Source of the DNA: Armatimonadota bacterium
GTDB lineage: Bacteria > Armatimonadota > UBA5829 > DSUL01
Direction: 5' to 3'
Assembly: GCA_039811685.1 (NCBI GenBank)
Contig: JBDHZC010000008.1
Location: forward strand, 64,001 to 128,000
DNA length: 64,000 bases
Part shown: in pieces, positions 48,227-58,584 of the stretch
Numbering within the stretch: position 1 is the first letter of the stretch
Layout: every line of letters starts with the position of its first letter
Notes under the pieces: model-generated
Databases searched by the model: none
What the model was told of the DNA's origin: nothing
What the model saw: only the letters and a program-made list of their open reading frames with translations
Position numbers and translations under genes: made by a program

Positions 48227-48356
48227 CTTCGTAGAATATCCTGTTGTCAGACTCAGCGGGGCCGCGGGCGCGATGTCGCGATCAAAGCAAATTGCCCACC
48301 GCTGCCCGATCCAGTTCAATCATAATACAGTATATGCGCAGGAAAAGACACAGTCT

Positions 48357-50417
48357 ATGAAAGCAGTAGTTTCTCTGTTTGCGGCCGTGACGGTTCTTGC
48401 CCTTTACACAGGGGCTTCAAAGACCACTGTAGCGAACCCTGTTGAGTTCTATATCTCCACACAGGGCAAAGATTCCTGGTCCGGGACGCTGCCAGAGGTG
48501 AACGCATCGGGGACAGACGGGCCGTTTGCGACGCTGGAGCGCGCTCAAGAAGCTGTGCGCAGCGCCCGCAAGAGCGGAGCGCAGCCTGTGACGGTCTCCA
48601 TCCGAGCAGGAGTTTATCCTCTGGAACAGAGCCTGCGATTCGGGCCGGACGATAGCGGCACGCTTGAGAACCCGGTTGTGTGGCGATCGTACAACAACGA
48701 GAATGTGTCCATTGTGGGGACAAAACAGATAGGCGGATTCCGAAAGCTGGCGAATGCGCAGATTGCCGCACGATTGTCAGCGGATGCGCGGGCGCACGTC
48801 GTCGAAGCGGACTTGAGAAGTCAGGGAATCAGTGACTACGGTCAACTTCGCGCCAGAGGCTTTCTGCGGGACATCCAGCCAGCCCCGATGGAGCTGTTCT
48901 TCGACGGACGGCCAATGACGCTGGCCCAGTGGCCGAACAGTGGCTGGGCGGTCATGAGCGGCGCTCTGGCGCCGGAGACGCGCACATTCATCTACGACGG
49001 CGAAGAACCAGCACGCATCAAAAGCACGAAAGACGTGTGGATTCACGGCTACTTCACGTACACCTATGCGGACTACTGGGAGCCTGTAGTCTCCATCGAC
49101 AGCGCGAAACATCAGATATCAACCGCTGTGCCGGCCGCCCGTGGCACAGGAGCTTATCGCAAGGACAGCCGCTATCTGATTGTGAATGCGCTGGAAGAGC
49201 TGGACTCACCCGGTGAGTACTACATAGACAGAGAGACGGGCATGCTCTACTTCTGGCCGCCCGGTGACGTTGCCAAAGCGAAGACTTATGTCTCAATGCT
49301 GGAAGACCCGCTTGTGCGCGCGAGAGTGTTGTCGAACGTACGCTTTGAAGGGTTGAGCTTTGAAATGTCGCGCGGCGCGGGTGTGGAGATTGCGGGAAGG
49401 ATGAATGTGCAGCTTCACCGATGCACACTGCGCAATCTGGGCAGCGTGGCGGTAAGCGTGGGCACCCTGCAGCCAGACCTCTACTGGACGCTGTACAACG
49501 ACACGACTTTCACAAACGATCCGGGCGTTCAGAACGGGCTGGACGAATGCAGGATTTACGACGTCGGCGAGGGAGGCGTCATTCTGGGTGGCGGCGACAG
49601 AAAGACTCTGGCCAAAGGTCAAAACTATGTGCGCGGGTGCGAGATACACGACGTCAACCGCTGGGTGCAGACATTTCGCCCTGGCGTGTTTGTGTACGGC
49701 GTCGGGAATGACGCTACGTCCAATCACATCTACAGCGCACCGCACACGGGCATCTATGTCAATGGCAATGACAACACTGTTGAGTACAACGATCTCCACA
49801 ATCTCTGTACGCAGACTACCGACGCCGGGGCCGTGTACATGGGCCGGGACCCGTCCCAGCGCGGCAACATCTTCCGGTACAACTACATTCACGATTTGAG
49901 TGGGCCACCCCGTACGCGTCCGGGAATTTCACTGGTGATGGGCATTTATCTGGACGACGTGTCAAGCGGAGCGACAGTGGAGTCGAACGTCTTCAAGAAC
50001 GTCCTGCGGGCGGTGTATATCGGCGGCGGACGGGATAATCTGGTCGAGAACAACGTGTTTATCGACTGCGCTTTCGGCGTTCACGTTGACGATCGCGGTA
50101 TCTCCAAAGACGCCACCTACGAGCGCCGTATGCGGGCTGTCAACTTTGACGCCCCGCCCTACTCCACGCGCTATCCGGATCTCGCGAGCATGTTGCGCAA
50201 TCAACCCGACCTGCCAAAAGGCAACAGAGTGCTGGACAATGTCTTTCAGGGCGGGCAGTTTCTGGACATCTCCGATACTGTTCCCTCTGGACTGGTAGAG
50301 GCACGCAACAACGTGACAAGCGGCGCGCACTTTGACGGCCTTCAACCGGCGCCCGCGCCCCGTCCCCCGGGATTTCAGGCACTACCCCTGGACAAGATGG
50401 TTCACTCTGTGCCGTAA
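48357..50417 (+). CDS. Secreted right-handed beta-helix protein (GH141-like N-terminus)
   Basis: FYISTQGKDSWSG..DGPFATLERA, LAQWPN, EELDSPGEYY, DAGAVYMGRD, GIYLDD. Confidence 0.85.
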   Translation: MKAVVSLFAAVTVLALYTGASKTTVANPVEFYISTQGKDSWSGTLPEVNASGTDGPFATLERAQEAVRSARKSGAQPVTVSIRAGVYPLEQSLRFGPDDSGTLENPVVWRSYNNENVSIVGTKQIGGFRKLANAQIAARLSADARAHVVEADLRSQGISDYGQLRARGFLRDIQPAPMELFFDGRPMTLAQWPNSGWAVMSGALAPETRTFIYDGEEPARIKSTKDVWIHGYFTYTYADYWEPVVSIDSAKHQISTAVPAARGTGAYRKDSRYLIVNALEELDSPGEYYIDRETGMLYFWPPGDVAKAKTYVSMLEDPLVRARVLSNVRFEGLSFEMSRGAGVEIAGRMNVQLHRCTLRNLGSVAVSVGTLQPDLYWTLYNDTTFTNDPGVQNGLDECRIYDVGEGGVILGGGDRKTLAKGQNYVRGCEIHDVNRWVQTFRPGVFVYGVGNDATSNHIYSAPHTGIYVNGNDNTVEYNDLHNLCTQTTDAGAVYMGRDPSQRGNIFRYNYIHDLSGPPRTRPGISLVMGIYLDDVSSGATVESNVFKNVLRAVYIGGGRDNLVENNVFIDCAFGVHVDDRGISKDATYERRMRAVNFDAPPYSTRYPDLASMLRNQPDLPKGNRVLDNVFQGGQFLDISDTVPSGLVEARNNVTSGAHFDGLQPAPAPRPPGFQALPLDKMVHSVP

Positions 50418-50486
50418 AGGCCGGGCAGGAACTCCAAAGCGCGCGTTGAAGGAGAACGCTAAGACGATAGCGAGGTTCTCCCCACA

Positions 50487-52529
50487 ATGACACTCCTGCA
50501 AGGTCTGACGCTTCTGGTGCTGCTCTTAGGTAGTGTGGCTCGTTGCTCCGGCGCGGCCTACTACGTATCCCCATCCGGCAGCGACCGTGCGCCGGGAACA
50601 AGCGCCGCCCCCGTCAAATCCCTCGAGCTGGCGATTGAGAGAGCTGCGCAGGGAGGACCAGGCTCCGAGGTAGTTCTTGCGGACGGGTTGTATTTTCGAG
50701 ACAAATCCCTGATGCTGGACTCGCTCAACCACGTGAGTATCCGTGCGCAGAACTCTCGTAAAGCCAGACTCGTTGGCGGGCGCATTGTGCACAATTTCCG
50801 GAAGGTCACTGACGCGGCGATCCTGGCCAGATTGGACCCGCAGGCGCAAAAGAGTGTTGTGGTCTGCGACTTGAAGGCGGAGGGCATCACGGACTACGGC
50901 GAGATCACAGCGCGCGGATTTGGGCGCAGCTTTGCCGCCGCCGGATTAGAGTTGTTCTACAACGGGCAGCCCATGCAGCTGGCGCGCTGGCCCAACGAGG
51001 ACTGGGCCCTCATCGACGCGGTTCCAAGCGACAATAAGGACCACGGTTTTCAATATCAAGGTGACAGGCCGGCACGCTGGAAGGAGGCCGAAGACGCCTG
51101 GGTGCACGGCTACTGGGCGTTCGACTGGGCGGACACTTACGATGGCATTGAGTCCATTGATTTGGACAACAGAACTATCACTGTGAAGCCCCCGTACAAC
51201 AACTACGGCTTCAAAGCTGGCAAGCGTTACTACGCTCTGAACATTCTTGAAGAGCTGGATGCGCCCGGCGAGTGGTACCTGGACAGAGATAATGGGCTCC
51301 TGTATTTCTGGCCTCCGTCCCCGATCCAGTCGGGTGAAGCGATCGTATCAACACTCCCAGAGCCGATGGTGGTTCTGCAGAACACGCGAGGTGTGACCAT
51401 CAGCGGGCTTGTAATTGAAGCCGGGCGGGGCTGCGGAGTGGAGGTGCGGGCCGGATCTGACAATCTTGTCAGCGACTGTCTGGTGCGCAATCTGGGAACG
51501 GTAGGGATCAGCATCGGTGAGCTCTACGGCGATATTTTCAGACGGCTTTACGACGACACGGTCTTCACTGTAGACGCTGGTACAAACAACGGCGTGTCCG
51601 GATGCGAAATAACGCAGACTGGCGAAGGCGGAGTGATGCTCGGCGGCGGCGAGCGCAAGACTCTGACTCCGGGGCGCAACTTCGTAGAAGACTGTAACAT
51701 CCACAACTATGCACGCTGGGTGAGGACATACCGTCCCGCTGTTTCACCGTACGGCGTCGGGCAGATTGTGCGCCACAACCTCATCCACGACGCACCGCAT
51801 ACAGGCGTGCTGGCGAACGGCAACGACCATCTGGTGGAGTACAACGAGATTCATCACGTCTGCTTTGAAAGCGGAGATGCGGGGGCATTCTACATTGGAC
51901 GCGACTGGACGCAGCGAGGTGATGTCGTGCGCTACAACTACTTTCACGATATCAAAGGCGTGCAGGGTCAGCGCGGCTTCACGGATGTGATGGGCGTTTA
52001 TCTGGACGACTGGGCCAGCGGAACTCAGGTGTACGGAAACGTCTTTGAGCGGGCAGGACGCGCCGCTATGATCGGTGGCGGCCGGGACAATACTGTGGTG
52101 AACAACATCTTCATCGACTGCAACCCCGCAGTCCACGTGGATGCTCGCGGCACAACGCCGAACAACGCCTATTTTGACGGCTCCAACCCGATTCTCTTCA
52201 ACCGCCTGAAAGCTGTGGATTACAGCCATCCTCCTTACAGTAGCCGTTATCCAGGGCTGGTGCGCATTCTTGAAGAAGACCCAAAAACTCCACGAGGCAA
52301 CCGTATTGCCTTGAACGTCGTTCGGGGACCACGCTTTATTCAGTGGGTTGGCGACGTGGACAGGAAACTAGTCGCGGTACAGAAGAACTTTGTCAGTGGC
52401 GAAGAAGCCTTCCAGGCCCCTGATCCAGAGACGTTCCAGCTCCCCCCGGACTCACCCGTACTGAAGGCCGGCTTTCGCCAGATTCCTTTCAAAGAGATAG
52501 GAATCAGGCCCGGAGTTACTCCGCGCTAG
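50487..52529 (+). CDS. Secreted right-handed beta-helix protein, paralogue of 48357-50417
   Basis: YYVSPSGSD, LARWPN, EELDAPGEWY, DAGAFYIGRD, GVYLDD; collinear with its neighbour. Confidence 0.85.
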   Translation: MTLLQGLTLLVLLLGSVARCSGAAYYVSPSGSDRAPGTSAAPVKSLELAIERAAQGGPGSEVVLADGLYFRDKSLMLDSLNHVSIRAQNSRKARLVGGRIVHNFRKVTDAAILARLDPQAQKSVVVCDLKAEGITDYGEITARGFGRSFAAAGLELFYNGQPMQLARWPNEDWALIDAVPSDNKDHGFQYQGDRPARWKEAEDAWVHGYWAFDWADTYDGIESIDLDNRTITVKPPYNNYGFKAGKRYYALNILEELDAPGEWYLDRDNGLLYFWPPSPIQSGEAIVSTLPEPMVVLQNTRGVTISGLVIEAGRGCGVEVRAGSDNLVSDCLVRNLGTVGISIGELYGDIFRRLYDDTVFTVDAGTNNGVSGCEITQTGEGGVMLGGGERKTLTPGRNFVEDCNIHNYARWVRTYRPAVSPYGVGQIVRHNLIHDAPHTGVLANGNDHLVEYNEIHHVCFESGDAGAFYIGRDWTQRGDVVRYNYFHDIKGVQGQRGFTDVMGVYLDDWASGTQVYGNVFERAGRAAMIGGGRDNTVVNNIFIDCNPAVHVDARGTTPNNAYFDGSNPILFNRLKAVDYSHPPYSSRYPGLVRILEEDPKTPRGNRIALNVVRGPRFIQWVGDVDRKLVAVQKNFVSGEEAFQAPDPETFQLPPDSPVLKAGFRQIPFKEIGIRPGVTPR

Positions 52530-52552
52530 ACACGGCCTGAGTGCGTGAAGAA

Positions 52553-54124
52553 TTATCGCGCTGGCTGCGTGGCAACCGGAAAGCTGTCCGTGCGAAATGG
52601 AGTGGCCGGGAGCCCCGCCTTGTTGAACAGGTTCACGACCGGAGTATTAGCCCATCCGTAGCGCACAGCTACGGGACGGCTGACATCCTGGCTGGACACC
52701 ACCACTGTATCTCCCGCAATCTCCGCGGTGGCCTTGTGAAAGACTCTATCGTCCCCGGCAATAGTCCAACCGGTAAGCCGGCTTCCCGAAGCATTTGCCT
52801 TCTCCGCTTCAGACATTCCGGGAAGAACAACTGTCTTCTGGACGAGGCCACCGTAGAGATTGTCAAAGCTGACAATTGCGCGGTTGCCTTCAAAACGGAC
52901 CCTGCGATAAGTGGGACCGCTGGCGATGACCCGCTTCTTGTATGTGCCCTTCAAAGCGAGCAGGGCCAGGCGCTGCCCGACCGGCTCTTTGTCTGTGGGG
53001 TGAATATCAGTGGGATTGCCATAGTCCGTAATGACCGCCATACCGGTATTGGGAACAGTATTTGCGGTGTGGAGTTGCGCTTCGCGCACAACTGCCCACG
53101 TGCTGTCTTCCGGTTCAGGACTGATGGGGCCAAACGGCGCAAGCTGCACGAAGTAGAACGGGAAATCCCCCTCACCCCAGGCGTTGCGCCAGGATTCAAT
53201 GAGCGCCGGAAACAGCGCCCGATATTCATAGGCGCGGCCCGCGTTGGACTCACCCTGGTACCAGATAACTCCACGCATACTATAGGGAATCAGAGGGGCA
53301 ATCATACCGTTATAAAACGAAGACATCGGAAAGGAGACCAGTGGATTCTTCGGGCGAGCTGGCGCTGTGGTTGGTTTGCTACCCGACGCGACAGTTTTAT
53401 CGTACTCTCTGCGAGTAGCATGGTATGCCCTGAGTTCTTCGGCATACTGCGCCATTGCTTTGTCAAACTCTTCCGCATGGTGCGCGAGCGCTGGATGCTT
53501 GCGGAAATCTTCCCTGGGCATCCACAGCTCAGCTCTAGACCCACCCCACGTGCTCTGAATGATCCCAACCGGCATGTTCAGCGCTTTGCGCAAGGCGCGA
53601 CCAAAGTAGTATCCTACGGCGGAGAAACCTGGAGTCGTCTCCGGACCTGCGGTCTGCCAGGTGGCGCCCACCTTCTGGAGGGGCCACGGCGAGGAGATAT
53701 GCGGCACGGCGAAGAGGCGAAGTTGTGAATCTGCTGAGGCTGCAGAATCCGCCTCGGCGTTAGTCGTGTATTTCAGAGACAGCTCCATATTGGACTGCCC
53801 GCCCGCGATCCAGACCTCACCTACCAGTACGTTGCGTGTCAACTGGTTGTCCCCTGTGACACGCATTTCAAAGGGGCCACCGGCTTTGAGCGGCTTCAGA
53901 CGCACCAGCCACTTCCCGTTTCTGGCGACTGTGGACTGCTCCCTGTTCTGAACGCGAACCTTCACCACCTCGCCATCGCCGGCAGTTCCCCAGACTGCAA
54001 CGGGCATTCCTGACTGCAGAACTGCTCCATTGCTGAAGAGACTGTGGAGTTGTACGTCCGAGCGTACGTGCGATGAACTAACAGCGACAACTGCGACGGC
54101 AAGAATCAACTGAGATACTTTCAC
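52553..54124 (-). CDS. Sialate O-acetylesterase (SASA/SGNH family)
   Basis: VGEVWIAGGQSNM, FSAVGYYF, WGGS, WYQGESN, DIHP. Confidence 0.92.
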   Translation of the reverse strand: MKVSQLILAVAVVAVSSSHVRSDVQLHSLFSNGAVLQSGMPVAVWGTAGDGEVVKVRVQNREQSTVARNGKWLVRLKPLKAGGPFEMRVTGDNQLTRNVLVGEVWIAGGQSNMELSLKYTTNAEADSAASADSQLRLFAVPHISSPWPLQKVGATWQTAGPETTPGFSAVGYYFGRALRKALNMPVGIIQSTWGGSRAELWMPREDFRKHPALAHHAEEFDKAMAQYAEELRAYHATRREYDKTVASGSKPTTAPARPKNPLVSFPMSSFYNGMIAPLIPYSMRGVIWYQGESNAGRAYEYRALFPALIESWRNAWGEGDFPFYFVQLAPFGPISPEPEDSTWAVVREAQLHTANTVPNTGMAVITDYGNPTDIHPTDKEPVGQRLALLALKGTYKKRVIASGPTYRRVRFEGNRAIVSFDNLYGGLVQKTVVLPGMSEAEKANASGSRLTGWTIAGDDRVFHKATAEIAGDTVVVSSQDVSRPVAVRYGWANTPVVNLFNKAGLPATPFRTDSFPVATQPAR

Positions 54125-54208
54125 TGACCAACCTCCTCGTTTGCGCCAGCTTAGAGCTGCACCGCAGTTGTTCAGCGCAAAATGAAGAGTTTCCTTGTCG
54201 CAGCTACG

Positions 54209-55615
54209 CTAGTGGAGGGTGAGGTCACTGTCTGACTGAACAACGACACATGGAAAGTCGAACCCCTGGTCTCGCCAGTGAGTGGAAATTCCGCGTGCCG
54301 TCACAAAGGCGCCCGCCGGAGGCGAAACCGCGTTTTCTGGTAGCACGATGCGTAACCCCTGGCTTACACTGTCTTGAGCCCCGGACCCGTCATCCAGATA
54401 GAAGAACCCGCTTCCGGTCAGGCGTACGCGCCCGGCGACCTGCACCAGCAACCCACCGTTGTAAAGCGAACTGGAAAGCGCCGTGCCAGTAATCCAACCA
54501 ACCGGCCGGCCGCCCACGTCACTGCAACGGATGCGCATCGGTATGACGGGTTGCGAGCCGCTCGAGCGCGTGAGAAGCGCAACATTGAACATGCGCTCCG
54601 GGCCGTCAGCGGAAAATTCACCCTGTAGAGACGCCACACGGTCTCCGGGAGTAAGCGCTGACGTAACACCTGTTAGGCGTACAGCCGCGGATCGATCTGC
54701 GCGTTCGAGCCAGACGTTTCCGGACAGGACGCGCGATACTCGCAGATCCTGAGCAAGCTCTACAGGAGCGTAGTCTGGAGAGTTGCGCAGAGCGCCACCG
54801 AGTGAGGCGTAACTGTGAAACCGGACAGACTCGCCCATCGCGAGAAGCGTTGCAACGGCCGGGTTGCCAAGTGTTGATGCGATGCCGATTCCCGGACCGG
54901 ACGGCGCCGGTTGAGACGGTGGAATAGGGACAGTCGAGCTTACAGTCTGGGAGACGAAGGAGTCAAGGCTGGCGCTTTCCCCCGGGCCATCCACCGAGCT
55001 CCACTTAGTCTGCGCAAGGAGAAGCGAATTACGGAGGGACCCGTAAACTGCTTCATCTCCAATAAGTGGCACGCCGGAGGAGCCAAATGGCAACGAGTGC
55101 AGGAGGTCTGCGACTGCCGGGGCGTGGCGCAAGTCCTGCACAACTCGCCACCGCCAGACTTCCCGGTGGTTTTTCGCACTTGAAGTCTCACCTGGGAGCT
55201 TTGCCGGCGTCTGAGTGTTGTAATCGAGCGTCAACTCAAACATTGTCCCTACTGGCAGATGCAGAAGTGGACGCCAGAGCGCAACGGCCTGGCCAGACTG
55301 AACGGTTTCGCCCGCTAAATCTGGGCAGGTTGGGCAGAACTGACGCATAGTGACATTCGCAAGCGTATGACTGATTCCCACCTGCGCCGCAGCAACAAAG
55401 TTTGACCAGTTAGTCCCAGGATCGATAGCCAACACGCCGGGCGCCGCAACATCGCCGTACGTGGAGCCGAACCTGCCGCGCCACTCCAGTGGATAACCGT
55501 CCGAAAAGACGTAGTTGGCAGGCCACAGCGGAACGGTGGGGTGAGTAATCTGTTCAGAGGCGACAGCGCAGGCAGTCAGCTCTATTGCCAGACAGACAAA
55601 GAGGGTGAACTTCAC
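54209..55615 (-). CDS. Secreted hypothetical protein: unknown N-terminal domain plus C-terminal OB-like module
   Basis: Signal peptide; PGVLAIDPGTNWSNF; C-terminus resembles that of 3467-6472. Confidence 0.8.
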   Translation of the reverse strand: MKFTLFVCLAIELTACAVASEQITHPTVPLWPANYVFSDGYPLEWRGRFGSTYGDVAAPGVLAIDPGTNWSNFVAAAQVGISHTLANVTMRQFCPTCPDLAGETVQSGQAVALWRPLLHLPVGTMFELTLDYNTQTPAKLPGETSSAKNHREVWRWRVVQDLRHAPAVADLLHSLPFGSSGVPLIGDEAVYGSLRNSLLLAQTKWSSVDGPGESASLDSFVSQTVSSTVPIPPSQPAPSGPGIGIASTLGNPAVATLLAMGESVRFHSYASLGGALRNSPDYAPVELAQDLRVSRVLSGNVWLERADRSAAVRLTGVTSALTPGDRVASLQGEFSADGPERMFNVALLTRSSGSQPVIPMRIRCSDVGGRPVGWITGTALSSSLYNGGLLVQVAGRVRLTGSGFFYLDDGSGAQDSVSQGLRIVLPENAVSPPAGAFVTARGISTHWRDQGFDFPCVVVQSDSDLTLH

Positions 55616-56460
55616 CTTTCACCCTCCCGCGGATGCGCCACCGGAAGGCGAGAGAGCACATAGGCCACTTCAGTCTGCAGTTTGCAGCAGGCCGGGTGCT
55701 CCGAGCTCTGGACAACGCCGCCAGAAGCGCACCCTGAAGCGAGCGCCTGGGCTATTTGCTGGAGGGCTGAGCGCTGTGCCGCTGAATCTCCGCTCTCTTC
55801 TGACGTCAGCGCTTGTTGTGAAAGCGGGATCAACAGACTCGCTGCTATGTCTGAAAGCGCCGGAGAGCCTTTTCCGCTAGAGTCTGTCTCCCTCAGTAGC
55901 TGCAGAACCAGCCGCACGCAGCGCGTGTCACTCGCCAACAACCATGTCCATTTTTCGGTGTGGACAGTACCGGGCGGATTTGGTCCGGTTCCGTCATCGT
56001 CATAGGGCACGCTGGTGAAATAGATGATCGTCAGCTCCCATCGCGTCCCGGCAGGCTCGTACAAAAGCGGCCAGCGCAACCTGACAGTATTATTCTGTGT
56101 CAATGTGCCAGATGGAAACGAACTGGAACAGGTTGCAGAGGCGGGACGTATCCGCTTGAGCGTCACCGAGTGCACAGTGTAGGGCACCCTGTCAGCGGCA
56201 GCGCCCAGAAAATTCGACCAGTTTTCGCCCGGAGAGATGTGCAACACTCCGGGGTAAACTGGCGTACGCGGAGAAGTGCCGCTATACCCCGCCTGCATGC
56301 CTGTCTGTGGATCAATCCTTCCCGGGTAGGCGGAGAAAACCTCTATGGTCGCATGACTCAATTCACCGCTGGACATCGCGGGGCAGAGCAGCACAGCGCA
56401 AAACACGGCAGCGCGAAACAGAACCATAATCCTCGCGTATCCGCCAGTGTCGAATTTCAT
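55612..56460 (-). CDS. Secreted hypothetical protein, paralogue of the N-terminal domain of 54209-55615
   Basis: Signal peptide; PGVLHISPGENWSNF; 4-nt overlap with the next gene. Confidence 0.8.
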   Translation of the reverse strand: MKFDTGGYARIMVLFRAAVFCAVLLCPAMSSGELSHATIEVFSAYPGRIDPQTGMQAGYSGTSPRTPVYPGVLHISPGENWSNFLGAAADRVPYTVHSVTLKRIRPASATCSSSFPSGTLTQNNTVRLRWPLLYEPAGTRWELTIIYFTSVPYDDDGTGPNPPGTVHTEKWTWLLASDTRCVRLVLQLLRETDSSGKGSPALSDIAASLLIPLSQQALTSEESGDSAAQRSALQQIAQALASGCASGGVVQSSEHPACCKLQTEVAYVLSRLPVAHPREGER

Positions 56461-56732
56461 CCTCAGATTCCACTCCCTTCTTTAGAAAGTGTACCAGCCG
56501 GCCAGCCGTACGTAAAGAGATGAGTTGGTGTCTGTGCAACAGGACCACGGCAATCGGCTGCGAAAGGCATGCAAAATGCTTGCGTCCTCCGTGTCACGAG
56601 AACACACGAGTGGAACGTCTAAAGAATTGCAAACGACTGCTGACAGCGTCACTACCTGGCGACACTGCGCATAAAAGCATAAAACAGCGGGGTGTGAACA
56701 GAGCCGAAAGCAGGGAAAAACGACGTTGTCTC

Positions 56733-56761
56733 TTGACTTGGCGGCTACGCAGTGGTAGGCT
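56733..56761 (+). promoter_or_regulatory. sigma70-type promoter
   Basis: TTGACT-17 nt-TAGGCT with a TG extended -10 motif, about 60 nt upstream of the 56823 ATG (GAGGAGG RBS). Confidence 0.6.
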
Positions 56762-56822
56762 AGTTGAGAGTGGGAGTCTATCTCATTTTGACTCAAGAAC
56801 CAGATGAGAGGAGGTTCTTCTA

Positions 56823-57812
56823 ATGGCTGGATTGCGATCTAAAGCAGCGCGCACTGCGCTGGGTGCATTTGTTCTTCTGGCTGGCTGCGCGGTATCTTCA
56901 CTTGCGCAGAGTGGTGTCGTTAGCCCCCGTCTGGGCCCGGATGCCACAGTCCGCGGTTCTGGAGTGGTCAATATTGGACCGACCTCAGCACTGCCGATGC
57001 AACTGCAGGCAATCTTTCACCTGGACATCGCCGTATCTGGCAACCAAAGCCAGGGCGGTTTTCTCTGGACAGAGCTGCGCCCTAACGGCGCGCGCAATGC
57101 CTATGTGGTGGCCCGGAAGATACTGGGGACGAAGTTCACCTCATCGAACTACGCCATCATTCAGGCAGAAGGGCTGCTGAACGGCAGACCTGCGACCATT
57201 ACAATTGAAGCACTGGACGACCTGGACATGGACTGGATTCATGTTCATGCACAACCCACTGACTCTAAGCTGCCAGATTACGACAAAGCGGGAGGAGTTG
57301 CCCGCGGCGGAATCGTCATCTGGCACCGCCCGGCTGTGACAGCAGAAGTCAAGGGTGCAGGGTCAATCAAGATAGAGCGGCGCGGCGTACCGACGCCGCT
57401 GGCACAGATGGCGCACACGGGGAATTTCGTGTTCTCCGCAGCTAACACATCAGACGGCACAACCGGTACACTCCTCTTTCAGGAGCTCAGTCCGTTGACC
57501 CAGGTGTCCGTGCTGCGGCCAATTGCGCTGGTGCACATTCCGAAAGTCACTTCACTGAGAATAGAAGGAAATCTGGCCTATATCCAGGGACCTGGCTTGT
57601 TAAATGGAAAACCAGTCTGGGTGTACGTAGAAGCCTCAGATACGAGCAAGCCGATTGCTATTGGAGATGCAACTGTCCCCAATCCACCAGATCACCTCTC
57701 GATTACATGCACGGCTCTGGGCGCCGACAGCCTTCTCCCGATCTATCAGGCTGCGGGTGACGTTTTCCGCGGCGACATTGCGATAACAAGGGCGAGCGTC
57801 ACTGCTCCGTAG
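56823..57812 (+). CDS. Secreted hypothetical protein made of two tandem beta-rich repeats
   Basis: Signal peptide; both halves contain V.G.G...GLLNG.P...EA.D...D....AG.V.RG.I. Confidence 0.8.
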   Translation: MAGLRSKAARTALGAFVLLAGCAVSSLAQSGVVSPRLGPDATVRGSGVVNIGPTSALPMQLQAIFHLDIAVSGNQSQGGFLWTELRPNGARNAYVVARKILGTKFTSSNYAIIQAEGLLNGRPATITIEALDDLDMDWIHVHAQPTDSKLPDYDKAGGVARGGIVIWHRPAVTAEVKGAGSIKIERRGVPTPLAQMAHTGNFVFSAANTSDGTTGTLLFQELSPLTQVSVLRPIALVHIPKVTSLRIEGNLAYIQGPGLLNGKPVWVYVEASDTSKPIAIGDATVPNPPDHLSITCTALGADSLLPIYQAAGDVFRGDIAITRASVTAP

Positions 57813-57842
57813 AGCCGATTCTACAAACTGTGACTGATTGAA

Positions 57843-57880
57843 GAGGCCGGCGCTTGTCAGTGCGCCGGCCTCGTTCTCTT
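57843..57880 (+). terminator. Rho-independent terminator hairpin
   Basis: GAGGCCGGCGC-8 nt loop-GCGCCGGCCTC followed by GTTCTCTT, between convergent genes. Confidence 0.7.
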
Positions 57881-57951
57881 CGGCAGTTGATTTGCGATAA
57901 TGAGCGACGACTGCCAGGTTTGGCAGGATGGGTCTGGAGAAAGCCTCTGAT

Positions 57952-58584
57952 TCAGTTGCGGCAAGAGCGCTTGAAAAGCCGGCTCCACCCGACCAGGCAT
58001 GTGGAAAGGGCAAGCGCCGAGGACGGTTCAGGCACGACACTTGCCTGCGCTGAATCCAGACGCCCTGTGATGTCGGTATTGGGCGTATGACCGTCGTACA
58101 CAACAGTAAAAGTCTGCAGGCCAATCGCGTGCGGAATGTTGACTGTTGTCTGGCTGGTTGGACGGACGGCAGAGAATGCGAAGGTCGCCAGAAGCAACCC
58201 GGAACTGTCCACGTTTATAGATCCGGACAGGCCACCCCACCCAGTGTACAACACACATCCGTCCGTGATATCTACATTGAGATTGTCTGGCTGCGGACTG
58301 AGGAAACCTTCCACAAGCCAGAATGGCTGCGACGACGCCTTCTTGATTCCACTGAGGTAAAGCGGGTCCCACGTTACGATAACGTCAACGGCGGAGATCG
58401 AGGCTGGAGTCTGCGAAACGGCGAGGAGGTCCAGGCTCAGGGTCTCGCCAAGCGCAACCGTATGTGAGGAGGTCCGCCAGACGAGGTCGACCGCGGCTGG
58501 ACACTCGCGAGCGCAGCCGAGAACAAACAGGCTCAGAATACAGACGACAAACCGGGCATTGCGACCGGTGCGGATGGAAACCAA
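57952..58584 (-). CDS. Cohesin-like domain plus PEP-CTERM protein
   Basis: Signal peptide; TVALGETLSLDL..ISAVDVIVTWDP..LLATFAF; VVPEPSS-TM-KRSCRN; GAAGGAG before TTG 58584. Confidence 0.8.
   Translation of the reverse strand: MVSIRTGRNARFVVCILSLFVLGCARECPAAVDLVWRTSSHTVALGETLSLDLLAVSQTPASISAVDVIVTWDPLYLSGIKKASSQPFWLVEGFLSPQPDNLNVDITDGCVLYTGWGGLSGSINVDSSGLLLATFAFSAVRPTSQTTVNIPHAIGLQTFTVVYDGHTPNTDITGRLDSAQASVVPEPSSALALSTCLVGWSRLFKRSCRN

Noticed and set aside
56545..56610. c-di-GMP-I-like words on the minus strand (GGACGCAAGC...CAGCCGATTGCC) and a GG-N10-GC sigma54-like site on the plus strand
   Set aside because: No 5' GGCAAA or tetraloop receptor and P3 is too short; the sigma54 match is weak and a good sigma70 promoter lies closer to the gene.
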